Positions 27,393 through 37,408 of a DNA stretch of 64,000 nucleotides are shown in pieces. The notes under the pieces were generated by a model. That model was not told where the DNA came from. It saw only the letters and a list, made by a program, of their open reading frames with translations, and made no database searches. The DNA is from a virus. Lineage: Duplodnaviria > Caudoviricetes. The stretch covers positions 32,001 to 96,000 of IMG/VR virus record IMGVR_UViG_3300013121_000044. One strand, given 5' to 3'. The stretch's first letter is position 1. Each line of letters begins with the position of its first letter. Both the position numbers and the translations under genes were made by a program.

Positions 27393-30284
27393 ATGGGAGA
27401 AGGACTCAATCAAGGTACGGTTTCTTCGGTCAGCGGCGCTCCTGAGGCGCCGCGTGTCTTGAAGCAGGTCGCCCGGCCCCTCACCTGGGATCAGCGGTTC
27501 CCGCGTCACGCGTTCGACGTGCGCCGCTACGACGCGGTCATCCGTCGCGCGAACGGAGAGGAGGTGTTCCGGCTGGACGGCGTCGAGGCCCCCGCCCACT
27601 GGGGTGACACGGCGATCAACATCGCCGCGCAGAAGTACTTCATTCGGAAGGGCGCGAAGACGGACGACGCCCGCGAGCGATCCGTCTTTCGCATGCTCGC
27701 GGGCGTCGCCGATACGATCGCGGCCAGCGGCTACGAGCAGGGTGTCTTCGCGAGCGTCTCCGATTCGCAGTACTTCCAGTCGGACCTCTACCAGCTCCTC
27801 GTCGAGCAAATGGGCGCCTTCAACTCGCCGGTCTGGTTCAACGTGCGACACTGGTACGTCCACGGCATCGTCGGCAACGGTAACAACTGGGCGTGGGACC
27901 GGGAGACGAACGGTTACCGCGTGATCGCCAACAGCTACGAGCGCCCCCAGTGCTCGGCCTGCTTTATCCTGCCCGTCGAAGATACGCTCGACGGTGAGAA
28001 CGGCATCGCGGAGACTCTCATGGCGGAGACGCGCGTCTTCAAGAGGGGCTCCGGAGCGGGAGCGAACTTCTCGCGCGTCCGGGAGCGCGGGGCGCCCACG
28101 GCCAGCGGCCACGCGAGCTCCGGCGTGATGAGCTTTCTGGAGGTGCTCGACCGGAACGCTGGGTCCATCAAGTCCGGCTCCGTCGCGCGCCGCGCCGCGA
28201 AGATGGTGACTCTCGACGTGGATCACCCGGAGATCGAAGACTTCATCGGCTGGAAGGTTCGGGAGGAGAAGAAGGCGTACGACCTCATGGCGGCGGGTTG
28301 GTCGGGGGGCATGGAGGGCGCCGCCTATTCCACGGTCGGGGGCCAGAACGCGAACAACTCGGTGCGCGTGTCCGACGAATTCATGCAGGCAGTCGAGAGG
28401 GACGGTGACTGGGATCTCCTTTCGCGCGTCGGTGGGCATACTGCGCGAACAGTCAAGGCTCGCCACATCTGGCACCAGATCGCCAAGGCGGCCTGGACCG
28501 TGGCCGACCCTGGGCTTCAGTTCGACACGACCATCAACGACTGGCACACGACGCCCAACGCGGGCCGCATCGACGCGTCGAATCCGTGCAGTGAGTACAT
28601 GCACATCAACGATTCGGCGTGCAATTTGGCGTCGATTCGTCTCACGAAGTTCCTGCGACCGGAGGGCGCGTTCGACACGCAAGGTTTCCGCGACGCGTGC
28701 CGCACGTTCATCGTGGCTCAGGAGATCCTCGTGGACCTCTCGTCCTACCCCACGCGAGGCATCGCGGAGGGAGCGCATCGGTTCCGTCAGCTCGGCCTCG
28801 GCTACGCGGACTTGGGGGCGCTCCTCATGCTCCTCGGCTACCCCTACGACTCGGACGCGGGGCGGGCCGTCGCGGCGCAGATCACCTCCCTCATGACGGC
28901 GGAGGCGTACCGCACGAGCGCAGAGCTCGCGCGGCATCTCGGCCCCTTCGAGGGGTACGCGGCGGACCGTGAGAACGTCCTCCGCATCATCGCGAAGCAC
29001 CGCGAGGCCGCGCTGACGTTCCTCACCGTGGACACCCCCCTGGCCAAGAAGCTCCAGGAGGAGGCGTGCCGCGTCTGGGGCGACGCCCTGGGGCTCGCCA
29101 TGGAGTACGGCGTACGCCACGCCCAGGTGACCCTGCTCGCGCCCACCGGCACGATCGGCTTCCTCATGGGGTGCACCACGACGGGCGTCGAACCCCTCCT
29201 CGCGCACCGTCAGTACAAGACGCTCGCGGGCGGGGGGTCCCTCGTGATCCTCAACGACATCGTCGAGGCGTCTCTCAAGAACCTCGGCTACGGCGCTGAC
29301 GCCATCCAGCAGATCACGCGGTACGTTGAAACCCACGGCTACTTCACCGGTTCGCCGCTCCTGCCTCAACATCTCCCGATCTTCGACACCGCGTTTCCTG
29401 CGCACGGGGATCCGGAGAACCGGAGCCTCAGCCCCGAGGCCCACGTCCGGATGGTCGCCGCTGTCCAGCCGTTCCTGAGCGGCGCGGTGTCCAAAACCGT
29501 GAACCTCCCCGCCTCCGCGACGGTCGAAGACATCGAGGCCATCCACATGCTCGCGTGGAGGAGCAAGCTCAAGGCCGTGGCGGTCTATCGGGACGGGTCG
29601 AAGGGCGCTCAGCCCGTGAAGACCAAGGCCGAGGCGTCTCCGGTCGCGCGGGTCCAGCTCGACAAAAAGGGGTCCACGAATCCGGCCGAATACATGCCTC
29701 GCGAGGCCCTGACGCCGAACCCCGTCTTCAAGCGCTTCCAACGCAAGCTCCCCAAGGTGCGCAAGGGCGTCACCTGGGCGCTCAAGCTCGACGAGCACAA
29801 GATCTACATCCGCTCAGGGGAGTACGAGGACGGATCCCTCGGGGAGATCTTCGTCGACCTCGCCAAGGAGGGTTCCACCCTCGGGGGGTTGGTGGGCATG
29901 TGGTCGAAGGCCATCTCGCTCGCGATCCAGTACGGCACCCCCCTGGAGGAGCTCGTCGAGACGTTCACCTACACGCGCTTCGAGCCGTTCGGTCGGGTGC
30001 TCAACCACCCGACGATTCGTACGGCCACGTCGATCGTCGACCTCGTGATGCGCACCCTGGCGGTTCACTACCTGGGTCGCAAGGATCTCCAACACGTGCA
30101 GCCGGACGCCCTCATGGAAGGGCAGATCCCCCCTCCCACGCACCCGGCCACCCCGGACGAACCGCAGGGGTTGACGGCAGCTTCCGGGGACGGCCCGCCG
30201 TGCCCGGCGTGCGGTACGATCACGAAGCGGAACGGCGTGTGCCATCGCTGCCCCAACTGCGGCGAATCCCTCGGGTGTAGTTGA
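27393..30284 (+). CDS. nrdJ: Adenosylcobalamin-dependent (class II) ribonucleotide reductase
   Basis: FNSPVWFN, PQCSACFI, RRAAKMV, SNPCSEY, ACNLAS, APTGTI, SGAVSKTVN, YRDGSK; C-terminal TSCPD-like domain and CPNCGESLGCS. Confidence 0.95.
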   Translation: MGEGLNQGTVSSVSGAPEAPRVLKQVARPLTWDQRFPRHAFDVRRYDAVIRRANGEEVFRLDGVEAPAHWGDTAINIAAQKYFIRKGAKTDDARERSVFRMLAGVADTIAASGYEQGVFASVSDSQYFQSDLYQLLVEQMGAFNSPVWFNVRHWYVHGIVGNGNNWAWDRETNGYRVIANSYERPQCSACFILPVEDTLDGENGIAETLMAETRVFKRGSGAGANFSRVRERGAPTASGHASSGVMSFLEVLDRNAGSIKSGSVARRAAKMVTLDVDHPEIEDFIGWKVREEKKAYDLMAAGWSGGMEGAAYSTVGGQNANNSVRVSDEFMQAVERDGDWDLLSRVGGHTARTVKARHIWHQIAKAAWTVADPGLQFDTTINDWHTTPNAGRIDASNPCSEYMHINDSACNLASIRLTKFLRPEGAFDTQGFRDACRTFIVAQEILVDLSSYPTRGIAEGAHRFRQLGLGYADLGALLMLLGYPYDSDAGRAVAAQITSLMTAEAYRTSAELARHLGPFEGYAADRENVLRIIAKHREAALTFLTVDTPLAKKLQEEACRVWGDALGLAMEYGVRHAQVTLLAPTGTIGFLMGCTTTGVEPLLAHRQYKTLAGGGSLVILNDIVEASLKNLGYGADAIQQITRYVETHGYFTGSPLLPQHLPIFDTAFPAHGDPENRSLSPEAHVRMVAAVQPFLSGAVSKTVNLPASATVEDIEAIHMLAWRSKLKAVAVYRDGSKGAQPVKTKAEASPVARVQLDKKGSTNPAEYMPREALTPNPVFKRFQRKLPKVRKGVTWALKLDEHKIYIRSGEYEDGSLGEIFVDLAKEGSTLGGLVGMWSKAISLAIQYGTPLEELVETFTYTRFEPFGRVLNHPTIRTATSIVDLVMRTLAVHYLGRKDLQHVQPDALMEGQIPPPTHPATPDEPQGLTAASGDGPPCPACGTITKRNGVCHRCPNCGESLGCS

Positions 30285-30498
30285 GGGCCAAAAAAGCGCG
30301 GCTTCGGAGGTAGAAGGATGTGTTCCGATCCATCTATCCCGGAGGTTCCCATGAGTCGAAGTTGATGTCCCGCTGAACACCGCACACAACCGCCGCTCGT
30401 TCGCCCGCCCGATCCTCCCGCCAACCGCCGTGCCGTTCCTCGCGGCACAACCTCCGCGCGCTCCGCGCGACACCCGACACCCAAGCGCCATACGGAGA

Positions 30499-30541
30499 CG
30501 GGGGCCCCAACGTGGGGCCCCCGATCCCCCTACTTTTCTTT
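30499..30541 (+). terminator. Hairpin with downstream U-rich tract
   Basis: 11-bp stem CGGGGGCCCCA/TGGGGCCCCCG, followed after about 9 nt by TTTTCTTT; lies at a convergent junction. Confidence 0.55.
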
Positions 30542-30544
30542 GGC

Positions 30545-33367
30545 TCAGACGACCGCGTCGGTCTGGATGAAGAGGCCGCCGACTTCGTTGATGCTGATCA
30601 CTTCTGCGTTCGCCCCGCCGTCGAGACCTGCGCGGTTCGTAACCGAGAAGTGGAAGCGGTCGATCCCCCCGGACAGTTCCGTAGGGACGAAGATCTGCTG
30701 ACGTGTAACCTGCGTCGTCGCCACGCCGGGCGCGGCGTGCATCTGCATGTTGACCTCCACGACGGCATGCGGTTGACCCGCGCCGGAGGCGAGGGCCCAA
30801 AACGCCACGCGAAGCGTCAACGCATCACCCGCCGCGATTGCAGCGGCGCTCCGGGCCTTCACCGATACGTCGAGAATCACGCCGATACGCGCCGTGTTGG
30901 CGGGGTTCGCGGTACAGGCGCGGCCCGCGAGAGCTCCGAGGGGGTACGTCCCGATGTCGGTGTTGTTATCGGTGGTAACGATCGACAGGGGAGCGTGCCA
31001 CACGAGGCGCGTGTAGTTCGCCCCGTGGTGGTGGTTCGGCGTGGCGTCGACGGTGAGGTGGTCCTCCTGCCCGTCGAGGTAGTTCTTGTCCGCGTCGAGG
31101 AGGAGGTTGGTCGTCTTCCGGCCCCCTGCCCATTCCATGCGGTTCGGCCAGATGACGGACTGGAGCACGCCCGTGCCCACCGAGTCCGGCGTGAAGACCT
31201 TGAAGAGGGGCGCGTCCACCGACGAGGACCCGAGGACCGCAGCGGGCGCCCCGGCGGCGGCGAACGTTGGAGCGTCGACCCCCACGTGAGCCCACCGGAG
31301 TCGCGAGGCTCGGTGATCTGCGCCTACCTCGAACGCGGCGTAGAAGCGAATCCCGATGGTACCTACGGCGCCCGTGAAATTGGGGGAAGTCCCGTCAATC
31401 TTTCGGAAGACGACGTTGCCCGTCGCCGTGTCGACGCCCTGCACCACGTAAAGGCCCTCGGGAGCGTCCGCTGCGCCGGAGGTGTTTGACAGTGCTGCGT
31501 AAACGAGGGGAACGGGGGCGCTGTTGGGCGTGTCGTACACGAGAGGGAGCTTCGCGCTCACGTTTCCGAACCGCGTCAGAGTCATCGACGTGACAGTGAT
31601 TGCGGTAGCACTTGCGACGACACCCGCCTCGGCGGCCACGAGGTTGTCGTTCGCGTTGACGTTGTAGACGAGAGGCTGGAGGACCATCAGCGCCTTCTCG
31701 CGTGGGGCGTCGGGCGCTGCGGCGAGGAGATTCGTGGGTGCGTGGAGTGTCGCGCGGAGGAACTCGGCCCCCGCAGCCGGCATGCCTGTCGCACCAAAGT
31801 CCTTGCGGAGGGGCCGCGCCCCTTGCATCTGGTGCCCCCACTCACTCACGCGCCCGTTGATGCCCACGAGCCGACTTCCTCCGTCGACACCCTGGAGGAG
31901 CTGCACGAGCTGCTCCCGGACCGAGCCCGCTGTCAGGGAGAGGAAGTAGTCGTTCCCGAGAGACGCTCCCCCGAGCTGGGCCTCCCCGCCGATCCTGCGC
32001 GTACCCGCTTCGGACGTGGTCGTGAGGGTGAGATGCGTGGCGATGCGGGTGAGGGTGTCGCTCACGTCGTCTGCCGGAAGCGTCGGGACAGACGGGGGGA
32101 TACCGTCCGCGCTCCAGGGAGCGCCCCCTTCGTAGCCCACCAGCGACGCACCATCCGCGAGGAGAGTGGTAGACCGCAGGGCTGCGTAGGTTGTTCGGCT
32201 CTCGCCGAGCTGCAAGGTCTCCCCGGGCGCAACGCGCGTGCCGTCGATGAAGACAAACTCCCCACCGATCACCTTCCCGATCGGCACCGCGCCGGGGATC
32301 TTCTCGGGCTCGCGGCCCGTGACGAAGAGCGCCCAACCGGCGGCGGGCGTCGTGTTCTGCGAGAAAGCACCTGCGCGGTCCGTGGGGTAGTCCCAGATCG
32401 ACTGCCGCCGTCCTCCTTGTGGAGTCACCCCCGCGCGGTTCACAGGGCCTTGGGGGTAGCCCAAGGCGAGTCCCTCGCCTTCCGCGAGACGGTTGATCTG
32501 TGCCCCACCTCCGTCAACCGCCGCGAAGAAGGCGTCGAACTGCGCCTTGGTGATCTCGTGCGCTTCCGCGTCGTATGCGCCTTGCACGACGCCGTTCGTA
32601 AACGGAATGGGGGCGTTGGTCGTCACTCCGGTGGACGACGCCCGGAGGAAGTCGGCAACTCCGTATGCTCCTTGCGAAGTGCGGTCGTTGTTGATGTAGG
32701 AGATCAGGTCTGCGAGCGTCGTCGGTGTGCCTGCCGTCCCGTACGTGATGCGGATCCGTACGCGAGGCTCGCCCTCGATCACAGCGGTGATGCCGGGAAC
32801 GCCTCCGGCCACCGCCGGGTCTGCGATCAGCGTGACCACCGTGCGGTTCGCTCCGGTCGTGCGCCCGCCCGGGGTTGTCGTGAAGTTGTCCGCGTCCGCG
32901 TAACCACGCTGGCCGGTGTATTGCCGGTGTGCGGTGAGGATGAGGTCGTCCACGGCGGGCGTGCCGGAGTAGGCCGTCCAGGCGCCGGCCGCCGAGGGGT
33001 TTGCGCAGAATACCCGCCCCCCTTGCCAGCGTCCGCCGCTCTGGCGGCCCGGGGAGAGGGCTGGGTAGACCCACAGGCTCCCGGCGCTCGCCAGCGTGAG
33101 CTCGTAGGCCCCGGCGGCGGGTTCCGAGAACGTCAGCGCCGCGTCGGCGCGAAGCAGGAGAGCCCGGTCGTAATCCGCGAAGTAGTTCGCCGTCTCCAGC
33201 CCTTGACGGAGGGTCTCCGTCCGAACCCGGAGGTTGTCGATGGGCCGATTGTCGTTGTCCGCCCAGACCGCCTCCGTGTTGGAGAGGGGCTGGACGGAAT
33301 TGGCGTCGTTGTCCCCCGTGTCGGAGCCGCGCCGGAAGGAAACCAGTTCGTCGTAGAGCTTCGCCAT
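30545..33367 (-). CDS. Tail fibre or distal virion protein
   Basis: 940 aa, Gly/Ala/Thr-rich; N-terminal NRPIDNLRVRTE; last gene of the baseplate operon. Confidence 0.65.
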   Translation of the reverse strand: MAKLYDELVSFRRGSDTGDNDANSVQPLSNTEAVWADNDNRPIDNLRVRTETLRQGLETANYFADYDRALLLRADAALTFSEPAAGAYELTLASAGSLWVYPALSPGRQSGGRWQGGRVFCANPSAAGAWTAYSGTPAVDDLILTAHRQYTGQRGYADADNFTTTPGGRTTGANRTVVTLIADPAVAGGVPGITAVIEGEPRVRIRITYGTAGTPTTLADLISYINNDRTSQGAYGVADFLRASSTGVTTNAPIPFTNGVVQGAYDAEAHEITKAQFDAFFAAVDGGGAQINRLAEGEGLALGYPQGPVNRAGVTPQGGRRQSIWDYPTDRAGAFSQNTTPAAGWALFVTGREPEKIPGAVPIGKVIGGEFVFIDGTRVAPGETLQLGESRTTYAALRSTTLLADGASLVGYEGGAPWSADGIPPSVPTLPADDVSDTLTRIATHLTLTTTSEAGTRRIGGEAQLGGASLGNDYFLSLTAGSVREQLVQLLQGVDGGSRLVGINGRVSEWGHQMQGARPLRKDFGATGMPAAGAEFLRATLHAPTNLLAAAPDAPREKALMVLQPLVYNVNANDNLVAAEAGVVASATAITVTSMTLTRFGNVSAKLPLVYDTPNSAPVPLVYAALSNTSGAADAPEGLYVVQGVDTATGNVVFRKIDGTSPNFTGAVGTIGIRFYAAFEVGADHRASRLRWAHVGVDAPTFAAAGAPAAVLGSSSVDAPLFKVFTPDSVGTGVLQSVIWPNRMEWAGGRKTTNLLLDADKNYLDGQEDHLTVDATPNHHHGANYTRLVWHAPLSIVTTDNNTDIGTYPLGALAGRACTANPANTARIGVILDVSVKARSAAAIAAGDALTLRVAFWALASGAGQPHAVVEVNMQMHAAPGVATTQVTRQQIFVPTELSGGIDRFHFSVTNRAGLDGGANAEVISINEVGGLFIQTDAVV

Positions 33368-33374
33368 GATGCCT

Positions 33375-33872
33375 TCACGAGGTAACCGCGACGCGCCACG
33401 TGTACGTGACCGTCAGGAGTGCGGTCTTCGCAACCGCCGGGTGAACCTGCCGCGCGAAGAGGTCCCCGTTCGCGAGAACGAGACCCACTTCGCGCAAGGT
33501 CGAGCTATTCCCCTGCGAGGTCGAGAGGGTGCCGGTGATGACGAGCTCCCGGGAGGGGGCGTTGACCGCGAGGTTCGGGGCCGTCAGGTCGATCTGGTCC
33601 GAGGGACCCAGCGCCGCCCCGAGAGCGATGTCTCCCACCGTGGGTGGGGTGCCGTTCGTGCCCGGGGCGAGCTTCCCCGGGGATCCGCCAATCGAGGCGG
33701 CGCCCCCAAGCGCTTGCGCCAGGAGCTGCAACATCGCAACGTGACCCACGTACGTGATCGTGTTCCGAATCGCGATACGGCGTACGATTTCGCCTTCCTG
33801 ACGGACCACGAGTTCGATGTCCCCGCGCAGCGGGAGGCGCGCGGTCATCGCGAGGGAGCGGCGCTTTGTCAC
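33375..33872 (-). CDS. Tail-fibre collar or baseplate attachment protein
   Basis: RNTITYVG...GTNGTPPT...TLREVGLV...LFAR...TYTWRV pattern typical of fibre N-terminal domains. Confidence 0.65.
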   Translation of the reverse strand: MTKRRSLAMTARLPLRGDIELVVRQEGEIVRRIAIRNTITYVGHVAMLQLLAQALGGAASIGGSPGKLAPGTNGTPPTVGDIALGAALGPSDQIDLTAPNLAVNAPSRELVITGTLSTSQGNSSTLREVGLVLANGDLFARQVHPAVAKTALLTVTYTWRVAVTS

Positions 33873-36800
33873 GGGCCAAGAGTAAGCTGGACGGCCCGAT
33901 CCACCAACCCCGTAACCTCCGGGTTCTGGTCCGCGCCGCGCACGAACGTGGGGTCCGTTCCGCCGTATACGATCGCGGTCTCCCCCGGATCGTGAGGGTC
34001 CGACGGCGCGAGCACGCGGCGGATACAGTCGACGTAGAAGAGATCCACCGGGTTCGGCGTGATCGTGACACCGCCGGTCACCTTGACGGTCCCCGCCGTG
34101 TAGTCCACCGTGTAGTCGGTACCCTCGATAGGCCGCCGACCCCCTACGCGCGCGGCGGGGTCGAAAGCTACTTTCACCAGAGTGCGGACCGCTGTAGGTC
34201 CCGCAGGCAGCACCGTGGGCAGCGCCTGTACGAGTCCGGGCGTAGGCGTGAAGGACGTGGAACGAGCTACGAATCGGTAGCAGTCCCCGTAGCGGAGGAG
34301 GCTCGTAGGGGCGTACGTCGCTTGGGCGTTCGGGAAACGGAGGAGGTCTTCGAGGTGGTGGTTCAGGTCAAGCTCCACCGACTCGTCTACGTCGAGGACA
34401 TCGCGAAAAGATGTGAGGGTCTCGAAGAAGACGAACACGTGCGAAGGCTTCGCGGTTTTGACGACACGGAGGGTGTCTTCCAGGAGTTCGGTGGAGAGAC
34501 CCCCCGACGGATCTACGCGTACCTGGACCGAGTGATATTTGAGGTGGCGGTCCATCAGAATGAACGCCACGGTGCGCCGGTAAACGATCGGGGGCAGCTC
34601 CGCAGACAGAGTCTGCGGCGGGACCACGCCGTCGGCCTCGGGCGGTGGGAACCGCTCCAGGCGCAACGTCACGCCGTCACTCTCAACGCCGCGCACCCGG
34701 AAGTGTCCCCTGAAACCCGGCGTCGAAACGACGAGGTGCTGGCCCACGTCACGGGCACGTGCACCTTGAACCCCCGGCGCGAACGACAAGACGACCCGGT
34801 CGCCGCCATACCAGATCACGTCTCCAGCCCTGCGGGCGCTGGACCTGCCCTCGTCGTCGCCCCCATAGAAGAGGCCCTCGTCCCCCACTTGGGCGCCGTC
34901 GAGTGACCCGTACACGTGTTCGACGAGTTCTGGCGTGACCGTGCGGCGTGACCCCGAACCCGGCATGAGTTCCTCGGGAATCGTGACGCGGTGCCACCAC
35001 GTGGGGTCCTCCAGGTAGTCCACGACCCGGAAGGCGCGCGTGAGCGCCTCGAAAGCTCCGAAGGTGAGGATCCCGCGAGACGCCGCGTCCATCACGTCCG
35101 TCCGCATCGGGACGCCGATCGGGATGTCGTAGAAGGCCCGCGTGGTTGTGACTCGTTGCACCCCGGTGCGAGAGAGCTTCCACGTCACGGACACTTCGTC
35201 CACGAAGCCGTACGCCGTATCGAGGACGACGGTCAGAGGGTCGTCCAGCGATGTGATGCGAAACACCCCCCGATTGTGCGCGTGCGTGCCGCTCGCCAGG
35301 AGAATGGAGGCGCCTACGTCGGCCTCCGTGAACCGGTAGCTCCCTCCGACGCGAAGACGGTCCGAAAGAACGGGGTGACGGAAGTCCCATTGGAGAGCGG
35401 CTCCGTCTTGAGGGACGGGGGACACCTCGACCGTCGACGCGTTCACGTACGCCGAGACCACGTAGGACTCGACACGACCCTCCCGGGTCACGCGCAAATT
35501 TGCGCCCACGTCCGTCGCCAGGAACGGAACAGACGCCGAGGTGAAACGGGAGGTGCTGTGGATCAAGACCCCGTCATGTCCGAGCGCCATCCCATACAGG
35601 GAGCCGTCGCCCCCGGAGGCTGTTACACCGTCGTCGTAACTCGCGAGGACCTCTCCGTCATCGCGGATGAGGGGCAGCTCAGCGACGGCGTTGAGCGCGC
35701 TCTCAAACCGATCGAAGGTGGGTCCGAGGAGGAACAGCCGCGACACGGCACGGAGGAATACGCGGTACGCCTCGGACGTGGCGCGCGGACGATCGAGGAG
35801 ACTCCCGAAGTTCCGGTAGAGGCGCTCCTCGTCGACGAGCGCGTCCGTGGCCCACGCGCCGATCTCGCGCACCGCATGAGGCACAGCGAAGGCAGCAGGT
35901 TCGCGGAAGGTCGCGTAACGGGTAGCGTCGACGGAACCGTCGGAGGTGTGGGAGCGCCGCACGACGCGTACTACGGTCCCGTCCAAGACCAGATCACCTT
36001 CGACGTACGCCCTCGGGGAGACGTATGCGCCGCGCCACGCGTGGGTTCGCCGCAACCGCGCGAGACGCCAGGAGTAGGAGGCCCGCGCGGGGCGCGCAGG
36101 GTCCCACGCGCTGAGTGCAGTCACGGCGCCATCGTCCGCGTCGAGCAGATAGTCGACTCCGGGCAACACCGCGCCGCCCGCCGGGTGCACGGTGGCGACG
36201 CCATCTGCGTCGACGGTGGTGCGCGCCACGGCGCGCCGTGCGGCGATCTCCACGGTCCCGGGCTGAACGTAGGTGTGTGGCAGCGTGAGACGGGGCGGCG
36301 ACCCCGACACCGAAGGCGTATAAGTGACGCGGTGGACGCGGGCGCGCGCGGCAGCGGTGAAGGGCGCGGGGCTCACGAGGGCTACGCGCCCGGCCCCGGT
36401 GGGCGTGGTGACGCCGTAGAGTCCGTCGTAACGTGGGTCCGAGGGCACGGTGAGGTACACGTAACCGACGCCCAGGTCGTCCCAGCGGGAGGCGTCGAAC
36501 CCGAGCCCGCTTGTGTGGGCTGCCTTGGCGCGACGAAGGGTGCCCCCCTGGTCGACCAAGGCGCCCTCGGCGTACGCCGTACTGGGAGCCCAAGGTCCGA
36601 CGTAGGCGGGCTCTGCTGAGAAGTTGAGCTCCCGCGTGGAAGCCACGGTCGACGCGTCTTCGGCTCCGGGGGTGATGCGGCGCACGTCCGTGGGGTGCGC
36701 GGGGAGGGGTCTTCCCACCACGTCCGGGTCGTAGGGTCGCCGCAAAACCGTCACCTCGGCGCCGCGTCGTGCCACGGTTTGCTGGAGGAGAGCGGGTGCT

Positions 36801-37405
36801 TCCCCGAGATGCAAGACCGCGCCGACGACGCCGGTTACGGGGGCTTCGGCCTCTCCGCCGCCTACGCGGAGACGCACGATGTCGCCTGGGAGCACACCGG
36901 TCCAGGCTCGCCCCAACGGGTCCTCCCACACCGAGGGGCTCGTCACCTGGACGACGCGAGTCGGGAAGAAGGGCAGCGGACCGCCTTGCCCGTCCGCATC
37001 GAAAGGGTTCGTGCGGAACGCGACGACTCCTCGTTCAACGCTGTAATCCCGCCCCTCCGTCAAGAACGCCGTAGGCACCAGCACCCGGTTGGTGAGGTAT
37101 TCGGCCGACGCGAGGCCGTCGCCGACCTCCACCAGGAACCGATCTTCGTCGGGCGTCTCGCCCTCCCGATAGGTGAGCCGGTCCTCGCGCAGAGGGCATC
37201 CTTTGAAGAACACGCGATCGTAGAGGGGCAGATCCCTCAGGCTTACACCGAGCGCGGCTTCGAGGAGGCTTTGATAGAGCTGCGCGGCGTCGAGCGCCAG
37301 CGCGTCCGCGTACGCGTCGAGGAACGCTCGGTCCTTGAAGAACGCGCTCCAGAAGTCCGACAGGGCGCGGAGAAACGTACGGGCTCCGGAGGGAGTCAGA
37401 GGCAC
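33869..37405 (-). CDS. Large baseplate wedge protein with two CBM-like repeats
   Basis: 1178 aa; follows the baseplate J-like gene; KPSH motif; repeats WAPSTAYAEGALV and WRGAYVSPRAYVEGDLV. Confidence 0.7.
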   Translation of the reverse strand: MPLTPSGARTFLRALSDFWSAFFKDRAFLDAYADALALDAAQLYQSLLEAALGVSLRDLPLYDRVFFKGCPLREDRLTYREGETPDEDRFLVEVGDGLASAEYLTNRVLVPTAFLTEGRDYSVERGVVAFRTNPFDADGQGGPLPFFPTRVVQVTSPSVWEDPLGRAWTGVLPGDIVRLRVGGGEAEAPVTGVVGAVLHLGEAPALLQQTVARRGAEVTVLRRPYDPDVVGRPLPAHPTDVRRITPGAEDASTVASTRELNFSAEPAYVGPWAPSTAYAEGALVDQGGTLRRAKAAHTSGLGFDASRWDDLGVGYVYLTVPSDPRYDGLYGVTTPTGAGRVALVSPAPFTAAARARVHRVTYTPSVSGSPPRLTLPHTYVQPGTVEIAARRAVARTTVDADGVATVHPAGGAVLPGVDYLLDADDGAVTALSAWDPARPARASYSWRLARLRRTHAWRGAYVSPRAYVEGDLVLDGTVVRVVRRSHTSDGSVDATRYATFREPAAFAVPHAVREIGAWATDALVDEERLYRNFGSLLDRPRATSEAYRVFLRAVSRLFLLGPTFDRFESALNAVAELPLIRDDGEVLASYDDGVTASGGDGSLYGMALGHDGVLIHSTSRFTSASVPFLATDVGANLRVTREGRVESYVVSAYVNASTVEVSPVPQDGAALQWDFRHPVLSDRLRVGGSYRFTEADVGASILLASGTHAHNRGVFRITSLDDPLTVVLDTAYGFVDEVSVTWKLSRTGVQRVTTTRAFYDIPIGVPMRTDVMDAASRGILTFGAFEALTRAFRVVDYLEDPTWWHRVTIPEELMPGSGSRRTVTPELVEHVYGSLDGAQVGDEGLFYGGDDEGRSSARRAGDVIWYGGDRVVLSFAPGVQGARARDVGQHLVVSTPGFRGHFRVRGVESDGVTLRLERFPPPEADGVVPPQTLSAELPPIVYRRTVAFILMDRHLKYHSVQVRVDPSGGLSTELLEDTLRVVKTAKPSHVFVFFETLTSFRDVLDVDESVELDLNHHLEDLLRFPNAQATYAPTSLLRYGDCYRFVARSTSFTPTPGLVQALPTVLPAGPTAVRTLVKVAFDPAARVGGRRPIEGTDYTVDYTAGTVKVTGGVTITPNPVDLFYVDCIRRVLAPSDPHDPGETAIVYGGTDPTFVRGADQNPEVTGLVDRAVQLTLGP

Positions 37406-37408
37406 GCG

